DNA of 64,000 bases from Eledone cirrhosa (Eukaryota). Shown in pieces: positions 42,152-55,388 of this stretch. The notes beneath the pieces were generated by a model, which was given only the letters and a program-made list of their open reading frames with translations, searched no databases and had not been told where the DNA came from. Location of the stretch: contig OZ024743.1 of NCBI GenBank assembly GCA_964016885.1, positions 40,176,001 through 40,240,000 on the forward strand, in the 5' to 3' direction. The translations under genes were made by a program, and so were the position numbers. How positions within the stretch are numbered: position 1 is the stretch's first letter; each line of letters opens with the position of its first letter.

Positions 42152-43102
42152 TTTGTTTCAATTTATCGTTTTCGGTATGCCTGACCGATTTAACTCACTC
42201 AATATGCAAATTAGGCTGCTCAGCCGTTAATTTTCATAAGGAAAGTATATACTTTCGAACGTTCAACTATCTGGCAGATGGGTAAACGGTGCTGATGATA
42301 GCTAACAAGCTTGAAACTAGTACATCGTTCCTGTGTCAGTGTTGAACAAAAAGGTGATGTGGTTGCCTTAACACCGTATGGCATAAATTCAGGCTGTTCA
42401 GTTTGTTTACAAACGAACAAAGCGACGTTATAATAAGCGCCGCTAAACTGATACGTGCATATATGTTTGTGTAACTGTATGCATATGTATGTATATATGT
42501 ATATATATATATATATGTGCATGCTACTGTACGTCTGTATACATATATGTATGTACGTATACATGCATATTTACATTTAAGTAAGTGCCATACTAAGAGT
42601 GAGAAATGAAATTTCGTTTTCATTTTGTTTCAATTTATCGTTTTCGGTATGCCTGACCGATTTAACTCACTCAATATGCAAATTAGGCTGCTCAGCCGTT
42701 AATTTTCATAAGGAAAGTATATACTTTCGAACGTTCAACTATCTGGCAGATGGGTAAACGGTGCTGATGATAGCTAACAAGCTTGAAACTAGTACATCGT
42801 TCCTGTGTCAGTGTTGAACAAAAAGGTGACGTGGTTGCCTTAACACCGTATGGCATAAATTCAGGCTGTTCAGTTTGTTTACAAACGAACAAAGCGACGT
42901 TATAATAAGCGCCGCTAAACTGATACGTGCATATATGTATGTGTACCTGTATGCATATGTATGTATATATGTATATATATATATATGTGCATGCTACTGT
43001 ACGTCTGTATACATATATGTATATACGTATACATGCATATTTACATTTAAGTAAGTGCCATACTAAGAGTGAGAAATGAAATTTCGTTTTCATTTTGTTT
43101 CA

Positions 43103-43105
<3 letters not shown>
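42152..43105 (+). repeat. Retrozyme-like tandem dimer, 472-bp unit, one HHR per unit
   Basis: Two near-identical units with HHR cores at 42292 and 42764. Confidence 0.92.
42285..42329 (+). ncRNA. Minimal type I hammerhead (identical copy at 42757-42801)
   Basis: AACGGTG-CTGATGA-tAGCT aaca AGCTt-GAAA-CTAG-TA-CATCGTT. Confidence 0.9.
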
Positions 43106-43183
<78 letters not shown>

Positions 43184-43230
43184 TATATATATATATTAAT
43201 AAATGGAAACTATATTTATAAAACCATATT

Positions 43231-43295
43231 TATTTCAATATACATATTTCAGTGATACCAAATTAAATTATGGTATGCCTTCATCAGACAACATA
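43231..43295 (-). ncRNA. Hammerhead copy in the inverted 5' repeat (stem I partly mutated)
   Basis: Reverse complement of 47560-47624 with substitutions. Confidence 0.65.
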
Positions 43296-43599
43296 CAATA
43301 TATAACAGTTTTACAAATAAGCTTAGACGTACCCTTTTAAAATGCAACCATTATTTTGGGAAGCCATCTGGATAGTGAGTTGTTTATATTATTTTAATAA
43401 GTCATAGTGTTAAGGACAATTAGAAAAAGACGGAGAGAAAGAAAAAGATGGAGAGAGAGAAAGGAAAAACGTGGAGATTGTCGAGTGCTTTATATCAGTT
43501 ATAAAAATATTTACTTGTTGCATCCCAACAATTTTAAATAGAACGTTTGCATATATTCTGCTCCTGTATTGTTGAGCGCTTTACATTATAACTGAAAAA

Positions 43600-45832
43600 A
43601 TGGAATTCTTTAAGATCTCTTCTTCTCTAAAAGACATACCTCTACCTAGGAACAAATATTTTATTAAACAATTAATAGAAAAATCAGACTATTTTATAAG
43701 AAGAATCAGGTGGCGTGCTTTCCACTTTGATAAATCTAATCTAAATGAAAATGTTTCAAATCTGGATAAAATTTTCAAATCTAAAAAAAATCCCCCCCCC
43801 CCCCCAACAAACTACTAATGGATTTTGAAAATTATATCTTATCTATCATCCAAGGCATCAAATTCAAAAGAAACTTCAAAGGCCAGGATTACTTAAGAAG
43901 TATTAAGGATAATATTTAAAACTTGAAGAAAACAGAAAATTCTAGTGAAGTCGGACAAAACTAATAATCTTTATGGAATACAAAAGGACATTTATAACGA
44001 CCTTATATTGAAAGAACTAAGGAAAAAGTACAAGGTAGCAAATAAGGACGAACTTGAAAAACTGAATACAGATGCATCTTGTATAATGCATGAATTAGAC
44101 ATTGAGAATAAGACACAACCCTTCATGCCTAGGAAACCTAAGGTCAATATGAAGGATCACAAAAGAAACTTTGAAAATGATTTACCAGTCAGATTAATTG
44201 CACCATCTAAATCTGACCTGGGCAAACTTAACAAAAATATTCTAGACAGGGTAATACAACAAAATAAAAACTTACCTAATTTATCTTACTTAAAATTATG
44301 GAAAGGGACTAGTGAGGTTATCGATTGGTTTAAAGAAATTAAATATAACTATAATAATAAGTTTATTCAGCTGGATATTGCTAACTACTATTCATCTATC
44401 ACTCCTAATCTACTGAATACGGCACTAAATTACGCATTTAAACATACAGAACTAACTAGCAATGAAATGCACATTATATTATCGGCAAGGAAAACATTGA
44501 TAGAATTTAATAACCAACTCTGGACTAGGGCAGATAGAAATAATAATTTCGACATAACTATGGGATCATCAGACTCAGCTCAGGTAACGGACTTTGTGGG
44601 CCCATTTATAATTAATTCGCTACATAAAAACATACCAGGTGTAACCGGAGGCTTATATCGTGATGACATGCTTTTACTTGTACAAAATAATAGCTGTGAA
44701 CTAAATAGAAAAAGAAAACAAATTATATAATTTTTTAATTACCTTAGTCTAAAAGTAGAAATAGAGAATAACCATAAAATAGTCAATTTTTTTGACGTAA
44801 CACTAAATCTCAACACATGTCTTCATTATCCATTTCAGAAACTAAATGAGAACTTGAATTATGTTAATTTTAACTCTAATCACCCCAGATCTGTTAAAAA
44901 TACTATAGTGAACTCTGTTCAAGAAATAATTTCAAGAATTTCATCTAATATAAATATATTTGATGAAAAAGCGCAGTATTACAACGAAGCGTTAGGTAGA
45001 GCTGGATATAGAAATAAAAATTAAATACATTGATAATAATAATAATGAGCAAACTAACCAAAATAATAACAATTTTAATTATGGTAACAACTTTAACAAC
45101 TATAATAGAAAACATTACAATAATTCCAAAAGCCAAAAAAGAAATAGAACTAGAAATATATTATGGTTTGCTCCCCCTTTCTCACTAAATATTAAAACCC
45201 CTATTGCTAAACTATTCTTTAAAGCTCTTGACAAACGCTTCCCTAGAAGACATAAATATTACTCAATTTTTAATAGACACACTATAAAATTAACTTACTC
45301 GTCCACCAAAAATTTAGCACAAAATATTAATAGAATTAATAATAGAAATTTAAAACCTAACCAAAATACCAATAATTACCCAAGCAATATTCAATTGAAT
45401 AACTGTAACTGTAGAAATAAATCTAACTGTCCGTTAAATAACAACTGCTCAGCTTAAAATGTAGTGTACAATTGTAATGTTAAAACTAATTTAAATTCAT
45501 TTAACTATGTTGGTTCTACCTCTACAGAATTTAAATTTCGCTTCAATAATCATAAAAATTCTTTCACAGATCCAAACAAAAAATCTTCAACTTCGCTATC
45601 TAGCCTACTATGGGACCTAAAACGAGATAATGTTAAATATTCGATGACTTGGAATATTATTTCAAAAGCTACTCCTTTTAATTCCTCTAGAGAAAATTGT
45701 GATCTTTGTATTGAAGAAATATTTTTTATATTAAAGTCCAAAAATTCCCTTAATTTAAGGAACAATTTATTCAGTTGCTGCAGAGATAGATTGAACTCAA
45801 CGTTTAAATATAAATATAAATTTAAAATGTAG
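43600..45832 (+). pseudogene. Naiad-type PLE RT/GIY-YIG polyprotein (several frameshifts and stops)
   Basis: FIQLDIANYYSSI, FDITMGSSDSA, GLYRDDML, CNCRNKSNCPLNNNC, VVYNC..YVGSTS..FKFRFNNH and CDLCIEE; clearly homologous to copy A. Confidence 0.92.
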
Positions 45833-46896
45833 TATAATTAATTAAGTAATTTAGTTAATATATGAAACCTGTCGATAAATCATTAGATTCCTTCACCTTT
45901 TTCTTTTTAAACTTTCTTCCTAAATATAAACATAGATATAATAAACTACTCTAAAAGGTCTATACTTCCAATGTCTTAAATAAAATATACGTAAGATAAA
46001 TTTCTATACTAAGTATAAGGATATCTGTAGAATCCTTGGGTTTTTTAAATCTTTCAAATTTCTAAATTTTTAAATTTTTTAAACTTATTTAAATTTTTTA
46101 AATTTTTAAATTATATTGATATCATATTTATTTAACTTTTATTTTTATTTTTATTTTTATTTTTATTTATTTTTATTAGTTTTGTTTTGATTCTGATAGC
46201 TTCTCATAATTTTCATAAGTCTACCCTTTCAATATCTTGATTGAAATATACGTAGGATAAATTTCTATACTAAATATATGAAACATATTATGTTAACTTA
46301 AAATACTCTATAGTGTTTTAAAGATATTTAATGCTTTGATATTTCTAGAATTCGTTTGTCCTTTTGACTAGACTGATATAATTGTATTTCCAAAACATAA
46401 TCCTTTGATATTTTAAATATATATTGTTATAATTATATTTCCAAAGTATAATCCTTAGTAATATATTGATATTTGATTATCTCTATACAAATGTGTATGT
46501 GTGTATTAACATGCATATAAAAGTGTTATAGGTTTTTTATGATTGTATATATGTCTGTATGTATACATGAGCGATGCGGGAAGACGCACGCAAATATTTA
46601 TTTATACATATATATGTGTATATATGTATATGTATATGTATGTGTGTGGGTAAGAGATATGTTGCCTAACCACGCAATATTGATTGCAGATATGCATAAT
46701 TTTAACAGAATGTTAAATGCATGAATGGTAATCGTATATATGAAGACATGAATGTTAATCGTATATATTTATGTATATATACTGTGAACTTTTTATAAGA
46801 TGAGGAATGTATAGCAGTGATTAAGAGAAATCGTCTGCGTTTTGTATGTCTATATTGTTGACTTGAGTAAATATAATTTCTATTTTCAGGACATGC

Positions 46897-46956
<60 letters not shown>

Positions 46957-47559
46957 GTGTCTTTGCCTAAGATACTGATTTCTCTAGCAATGTGTACATT
47001 TTGGATGATTAAACCTAAATTTGGTATATTGATCTCAAGTTTTAAACTAAACATATAGTCATTATTAAACAATGTTTAATTTCTCAAATTATATATTTAT
47101 GTCCCATTCATGAATATTAATATTAATATTTTTATTATTCATTTCATATAAATTGTTAACTCAACTTAATATGAGATGACGTAAAGTTTTCATTATCACC
47201 CCCTCTCTCTATATAATATTTCTCTCTCTTGAGTTTTTCTATCTGTCTGATGACTTAATATCTCTCTGTTGCTTTCCTCTGTATTTCTTATTTCTTCCTT
47301 TTTCTTTTTTCTTTCTTTCCTCCTGTCTTTATTTATCTCTTTCTTTTTTCTCCATGTATTTCTCTCTCTCCGATATTTCTCCACGTTTTTTCTTTCTCTC
47401 TCTCCGTCTTTTTCTTTCTTTCCGTCTTTTTCTAATTGTCCTTAACACTATGACTTATTAAAATAATATAAACAACTCACTATCCAGATGGCTTGCAAAA
47501 ATAATGGTTGCATTTTAAAAGGGTACGTCAAAACTTATTTGTAAAACTGTTATATATTG

Positions 47560-47624
47560 TATTTTGTCTGATGAAGGCATACCATAATTTAATTTGGTAT
47601 CCCTGAAATATGTATAATGAAATA
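47560..47624 (+). ncRNA. Type I hammerhead in the Naiad B 3' pLTR
   Basis: TATTTTGT-CTGATGA-AGG cATACCA taatttaatt TGGTATc CCT-GAAA-TATGTA-TA-ATGAAATA. Confidence 0.88.
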
Positions 47625-47758
47625 AATATGGTTTTATAAATATAGTTTCCATTTATTAAAATCGTATATCTACTCCAAATATTTGTCGAGTGCTTTATAT
47701 CAGTTATAAAAATATTTACTTGTTGTATCCCAACAATTTTAAATAGAACTTTTGCATA

Positions 47759-47794
<36 letters not shown>

Positions 47795-47795
47795 C

Positions 47796-49247
47796 ATTAT
47801 AATAAATGTTTGGTGAATCCATACGTACATATATATATATGTGTGCATGTATGTATATATATATACATACTACTGTACGTCTGTATACATATATGTATGT
47901 ACGTAGACATACTTATATTTAAGTAACAGCCGTACTAAGAGTGGGAAATGAAATTTCGTTTCATTTTTTCCGTTTATCGTTTTCGGTGCACCCGGCCGAT
48001 TAACCCTCTCGATATGCAAATTGGGCTACTCAGCCGTTAATATGCATAAGGAAAGTATATACTTTCGGACGTTCAACCACCTTGCAGGAAGGTATACGTA
48101 GCTGACCATAGCTAACAAGCTTGAAACTAGTACAGCTTTCCTTTGTCAGTGTTGAACAAACGAGCAACGGTGGTTGCTAGACACTACGGCTTAATACGGG
48201 ATGTTTGTTTTCAAACACACCGAGCATTATAATAAATGTTTGGTGAATCCATATTTACATATATATGTGTGTGCATGTATGTATATATACATACTACTGT
48301 ACGTCTGTATACTTATATGTATGTACGTAGACATACTTATATTTAAGTAACAACCGTACTAAGAGTGGGAAATGAAATTTCGTTTCATTTTTTCCGTTTA
48401 TCATTTTCGTTGCACCCGGCCGATTAACCCACTCGACATGCAAATTGAGCTATTCAGCCGTTAATATGCATAAGGAAACTATATACTTTTGGACGTTCAA
48501 CTATCTGTCAGGATGGTATTCTCTGCTGACGATAGCTAACTAGCTTGAAACTAGTACAGCGTTACTTTGTCAGTGTTGAACAAACGAGCAACGGTGGTTG
48601 CTAGACACTACGGCTTAATACGGGATGTTTGTTTACAAACACACCTAGCATTATAATAAATGTTTGGTGAATCCATACGTACATATATATATGTGTGCAT
48701 GTATGTATATATATATACATACTACTGTACGTCTGTATACTTATATGTATGTACGTAGACATACTTATATTTAAGTAACAGCCGTACTAAGAGTGGGAAA
48801 TGAAATTTAGTTTCATTTTTTCCGTTTATCGTTTTCGGTGGACCCAGTCGATTAACTCACTCGACATGCAAATTAGGCTACTCAGCCGTTAATATGCATA
48901 AGGAAAGTATATACTTTCGGAAGTTCAACTATCTGGCAGGAAGGGTTGCGTTGCTGACGATAGCTAACAAGCTTGAAACTAGTACTGCGTTCTTTTGTCA
49001 GTGTTGAACAAACGAGCAACGGCGGTTGGTAGACACTACGGCTTAATACGGGATATTTGTTTACAAACACACCTAGCATTATAATAAATGTTTGGTGAAT
49101 CCATACGTACATATATATATGTGTGCATGTATGTATATATACATACTACTGTACGTCTGTATACTTATATGTATGTACGTAGACATACTTATATTTAAGT
49201 AACAGCCGTACTAAGAGTGGGAAATGAAATTTCGTTTCATTTTTTCC

Positions 49248-49250
<3 letters not shown>
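47796..49250 (+). repeat. Retrozyme-like tandem array, ~424-428-bp unit, ~3.4 copies, one HHR per unit
   Basis: HHR cores at 48102 (CTGACCA, mutated), 48526 and 48954. Same family as the 42152-43105 dimer. Confidence 0.92.
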
Positions 49251-49337
<87 letters not shown>

Positions 49338-49342
<5 letters not shown>

Positions 49343-49441
49343 AGGCGTGTGGCTCATACTTTAGATTATTGGATTCAATATTGAGGTTGTGAGTTCGATT
49401 CCTGTACCGGGTGATGCGTTATGTCCTTGAGCAAGACATAA

Positions 49442-49445
<4 letters not shown>
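49338..49445 (+). mobile_element. tRNA-derived SINE head of a second family
   Basis: GGCGTGTGGCTC (A-box-like), GAGTTCGATTCC (B-box), then TGTCCTTGAGCAAGACA. Confidence 0.7.
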
Positions 49446-49482
<37 letters not shown>

Positions 49483-49935
49483 TGACTATCCAGCTGTGCA
49501 CGGAATCTCAATGTTACGCTCAGTATGTTCAATGAGATTGAATGTCCACGGGCTGTTGTTAAACCCAAAGTGAAATCTGCATTTTACCTCATTACTTGTC
49601 ATCTTCCTTAAATATGTCATCTGATAATAATCACTCAACCCGTATTCTCTCTCACCAGTCAATGCAGGTGAGAAATCTCAGTCTTCCGCACAATATAATC
49701 ATTGAGAAATCATCACATGTATGTATGTTCTTCTGGTTTTATAATTTCACAAATTTTACCAATAGAGAGAGAGTCGTATTCTAACATAGACCCAAGACTC
49801 TTTCATTGGAATTTACACAACATCAACTAGGTAGATAATATATGCATGCATGCATGTGTAGATATGGATGTTATTGTATGTGTGGATGTGTATGTTTGAG
49901 TTGTATGTGTGCATGTGAATATGCTATCTATCTGT

Positions 49936-52030
49936 TCATGTGTATATGCAGTTATTAGATGCAACATTTTTGGAATGTTTTACATATTTTACTGTTCCAT
50001 TAATGGATTGTACTTGTAATTTCCTAACTAGTTGTGTACTTTCTGTTCCTGTGAAGCCTAGCGTCTCAAGATTTGTATTGAGGCATTTACTAACATACCC
50101 CAGTACCCCAATAATCACAGGCATAAATCTGAAGGTGTAATCAGGGTGGAGTATCTGCAGATTTCTCATCAGTTCTGCTTAAATATTCACCTTTTCGCTA
50201 ATCTTTGATATTATATTGGCATCTGCTGGGCAGCTATTTTCCACTACTGTGCTTGCTTTCTTCTCCTTGTCCCATATCATAATATCTGGTCTGTTATACC
50301 TGCATTTTATTAGCGTTATTACTGAAACATTCCACCAGTACTCTTTCATATTATGTACATGGATGTCTTCCACATTGCTGTAGCTTTTAATGTGTTTATT
50401 ATCGCAGGTATCCTTTTTACGAACTGCATCATATAGTGTGTTGGACACTACATCATGCATCATAGATAGATAGTACAGCGATGACATCTTTGGACAGCTG
50501 CTGATGACATGGGTGATATCCTTGATGTTAGTTCTGCAGAGTCTGCATTTGTTTTCACTTGTAGGTGTTTGCCTGCATCCCTATCACTTTTGTGAATCAG
50601 ATATTTCGTGTTAATCTCCTGTTCTTGGATTGCAAAAGCATATCCTTCAAAGTGGGAGCCAATATAGCGGTTGTTGGTTCAAGACTACTTTCCTTATCGA
50701 TATTACTCTCACACTGGAGCTTCCTGGCAACATATCCATGCATGATTTTTTGCTGATAAACATACAGGTTTTCATCCATGGATTCACTGCGATACTGCTG
50801 AGCGACATCCATGGGTGTGAGTTTTTGATTTTCACACAGGGAATATCTCTCAAGGAGTTCCTTCCCAACTCTCATGATATTATCTGTTTCATGCAGATAG
50901 ACTTGCTCGAGAGACGGGCTCCTACGCTTCGAGGTTCGTAGATGTTGTCGGAGAGATATGATGCGACATTCAAATGCTGTCGTGACTGATGTTAGGCCTC
51001 TGCCTCCGTGCTTACGTTTCAAGTAAAGGCGGTCTATGTCACTGTTGTTGTGGAAGTTTCCGGTGTTGTTTAGTATTTTTCGAGTTCCAACATCAACTGC
51101 TCCGATTTCGTCTATCGTCCAACTGAGTATTCCAAACGTTGGTGTTAGGACAGGCACAGCAAACACATCGTGAGCCGATGTTTTGTTTTGCGCAGAGAGT
51201 TCCGATGACCAAATCTTTCTTAATCGGGTGTAGTGTTCCCTTGTTACGCTTTCCTTATTACAGATTCCATTATAGGATATGTTCTCATCTATCCCCAGGT
51301 ATCTATAGCAGACCTAATCAGATATCGGTGAAACAGTTAGGCCATTGATGAAAATGTTGCTAGATGGGATTGTTGTTTTTTCCCGCTTTACAGTCATGTA
51401 TGAGCATTTATCTTGGCCAAACTCCATTCTTAAATCCTTTGAGAACGTTGTAACCAGGTCAAGGTTTTCTTTATCCCATCCATGTTCTTGGTATAGAGTT
51501 TCAGATCGTCCACAAAGAAATTATGGGTTGGGTTCGTATTTCTGTCCTCGTCTGAACCAATTATGTATGCCTCACATTTCTTGAGCAGAAAGGACAAGTG
51601 GTTAAATGACAAGATGAATAATATCACAGAGAGACTGTCCCCCTGAAATATACCCCTGCGATATTTTATTTTATCAGGGAAAATAGAGTCCTCCCTCTCT
51701 ATCTTTAACCTTAGGATAGTAGCCCAAGAAGAAGACAGCCTCTCTATGGCTCTGACAATAATGTTTGGGACTTTAGCAAGTTGGAGGGCCTCTATCATAC
51801 AAGAGTGGGGAAGAGAATCAAAAGCTTTACTGGAGTGCAGCCAGACTGTAACCATATTCCTCCTAAGTTGTCGCACCTCTGACATCGCAGTTCTGTTGAT
51901 TAGGAGTTGTTCAGTACATCCCCAAACCCTTTTCTTTCCAGCTGCTTGTTCATATGTGATGATGTTCAGATGTATGTATGTATGTATGTACTTGTCGTCA
52001 CATGGTACCATGGGCCCAGCACTATGTTTC
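49936..52030 (-). pseudogene. RLE-type non-LTR retrotransposon (R4-like): RT, CCHC knuckle and restriction-like endonuclease remnant
   Basis: KAFDSLPH, GIFQGDSLS, HNFFVDDLKLY, RLYLKRKHGGRGL, CRLC..THVISSC and NRPDIMIWDK..VENSCP. Confidence 0.88.
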
Positions 52031-52262
52031 AATAATTGTCACAAGTATAGTGTTTGTACCAGAGTTTCCAAGTCGCTGGCTAGACTAAAATGTCACACTC
52101 GTTTAGCGCATCAGTAGGGGTTCTCCTACATGGATATAAAGTAGTGGCCATACTCGAAAACGAGTTGGCAGCCACTATGTATGTATATATGTATGTATGT
52201 ACGTATTTACGTATGTACATATGTACGTATATGCGTATGTACATAACTATGTATGTATGTTA

Positions 52263-52572
52263 AGCCACTGTGAGTGAAGGAACCCTAGCATTTGTCAGGG
52301 CATTCTTCTAGAAGAAGGCAACTCAGGAAACTGGGATAACTCCTACATAAACCTACGGTTCAGTAGTTACCGTTGATGTTGAGTATTTCTTCTTTTCGGG
52401 TTATAGTTACTGGCGATCAGAGAGTAGGATTGGCTCAGTGCCCAGTTTTTCGTCACTTTAAAAAATGATTCACGCAAAGGCATAGCACGATAGCATTAAT
52501 TAATTATGATTGATAACCTTATATCGTGCAATGGCCATACTCGATAACTAGGGGGAAACCATTATCATCATA
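52263..52572 (+). mobile_element. Mini-RTE (RTE 5' UTR joined directly to the RTE 3' tail)
   Basis: 52263-52505 matches 38593-38840, and 52525-52570 matches 41088-41130. Confidence 0.8.
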
Positions 52573-52799
52573 TATGCATGCATGCATTTTCTTATTTTAT
52601 ACATTTCCACAATAGGGAGAGGAATGGTTTCTAACATAGAATGAAGACACTTCTATTGGAATTTAGTCAACATGAACTAGTTAAATATGTATGTTTTGTT
52701 TGTGAGTTTCTGGGTGTGTTCAGGGTTTGATGTTAATGCATGTGTGGATATGTAGTTTTTTTAGTTATATGTGAGCACATCCAATTGTTTCTGTATCTA

Positions 52800-53900
52800 T
52801 ACATGTGTATATACAGTTATTACATGCTGCATTTCTTAAATGTTTTACATATTCATATACTTCCATTAATGGAATATATTTGGAACTTCCTAACTAGCCC
52901 TGTTCTTTCTGGTTCTCTGAAGTCCAGTTCCTCACGATCTCTGCTGGAATATTTAGTAACATATCCAAGTGCCTAAATGATCATTAGGAATACAAATCTA
53001 AAGATGTAGTCAGTATGGGGTGTCTACAGATTCCACATTAGATCAGAAAAAAGGTTCTTTTCATTAAACTCTAGATTTATATTAACATATCCGGGGCAAC
53101 TATATCCAAATACGTGCTCGCCGTTTTCTTCTGTACTATACCTTCATGTTTTGGATGTTATGTTTGCATATTATTGGTGTTTTAATTGGACAATCCACCA
53201 GAGCTCTGTCATATTATGTATGTATATACCCTCCTCGTCATTGTAACGTTGCGTATGTTTATTCGAAGGAATATCCCTTCTACGGATTGCGATTTATAGT
53301 GTTTTGGTCACTGCATTATACCTCATACTTAGATATTAATTTGATGTCATCATTGAACAGCTGCTTATGATGTGGGTAACATCTTCTATACGTACTCCGT
53401 AGAATTAGTATCTGTTGAAACGTTTGTGTAATGTGCCTGCTTACCTGTCTCTTTCATGCATCAAGTATTTTGGTAATATCTCTTGTTTCTAGATGCAAAA
53501 ACCTATCCTTCAAAGTGAGAACCAATAAACCAGATTTTGACCCAAGATAAAATACTCTGTTTATCTGTAGTACTAATATTGCGAAGCTGTAGGGCAACAT
53601 AGCCTGACGTTTTGCTAATAAGCATGCCTGTTTTCTCTGGGTGGACATTTTTGGTTTTAACGCAAAGAATATTTTTCAAGGATCTCTTCCTCAACTCTCA
53701 TGTGTTCGTAATTTCAAGAAAAATGCAATTTATAGTTTCAGCTGTGTCTATACATACAGCGTAAAGTATTATTTTTACCTTTCTCGATGTTGTTTTTCTT
53801 CGATTCCGTTTTGTTACTGTCTTGTTCAGTCACGTTGTTTGTACCAAATTCTTGTAAAGTGAATTCAATATTAGGAGGGATATCTCTATTATTTTGAATA
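52800..53900 (-). pseudogene. Second, older R4-like RLE element 3' fragment
   Basis: Colinear similarity to 49980-50900 (e.g. SHFEG, CPGYVNI, MIIxALGYV). Confidence 0.6.
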
Positions 53901-55194
53901 AAAAGGCTTCGTCGAAAATCGTCAGAAGGCATAGAATGTAAGTATGTATGCATGTCTATATGTAGAGAGGCAGGTAGGTCGGTAAGTAGATAGGTAGGTA
54001 ATTATTATTGTATGTAGTTATATATGCATGTATGTATCTATAAGTCTATATATACATATGCGTTATTTGATGCAGTATAGAAATCATGCTGTAAGTTGAC
54101 TACACAGCGTATGGTCTACCATTCCACAGAATATGGCAACTGAGTCCTATAACATAATTTACCGAAAACTGTAGACAATATAGACAGCAGCAAGGCAAAA
54201 GGACATAAAGGGGGAGATAATGAATATTAATCGAGAGAGAGACGTCAGTGACAAAAGATATCTTTGAGAAGATATAACTCATGTTTCTTTGCTTACATAT
54301 ATAGGGTTAGTTCGAAGTAAACATTTAAACATAGATAGGTCATAGAAACTAGAGAGAAATGGGGCCTTATAATTTTATAATTTTATCATCACACATGCAT
54401 AGAGACACTCGCATTGAAAGGAAACATAAATACTTGTAACAAACATGCAAGTACCCATACGCAAAAGAACCCATTCTTACATATATACACATATATATGT
54501 ACATACCTACATGCATACATACATACACACATACATACATACATGCATACATACATACATACATACATACATACATACATACATACATACATACATACAT
54601 ACATACATACATACATACATACATACATACATACGTACGTATGTTCATATATGCAGCAAGCACATCCATATATACAAAAAAGAACATATGTACATATATA
54701 GCCGAAAACATAGAGATGCGTGTACACATACATACATATATACATAAAGACAAGAATACCCACATACATGCCTATATACAGTGATACTTATATACACATG
54801 CATTAAAGCATATATATATATATACATAAGCATGCATACATGCATGCATACATACATCAATGCGAACATCCATCCATCCATCCTTAGATCCATACATACA
54901 AACACACATGCACGCTTACATGCATAATATATACATACGTACATACAAACATACATACATACATACATACATACAAACTTAGCGGACGCTAATTGATCAA
55001 ATGTAGGAAATATTTCGATACGTGATTAATAGCCCAGGAGATTATGTTTGACAACTCTCAGAAGATGTTGCAGGTTTATAGAATCTTGGCTGTCTTTGGT
55101 TGGGCTGAGAGTGATCAATCACTGGGAACTGTTGTAACAACCCTCAGGGTAAAAGCTACGTGGTGTGTGGAGTAAAAATATAACTGAAAATTAC

Positions 55195-55388
<194 letters not shown>

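Larger units (their letters stand above)
43185..47757 (+). mobile_element. Full-length Naiad-type PLE (copy B) with direct and inverted pseudo-LTRs, in (TA)n
   Basis: 43479-43555 is a direct repeat of 47683-47757, and 43190-43477 is an inverted copy of 47378-47660. ORF remnants span 43600-45832. Confidence 0.92.
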
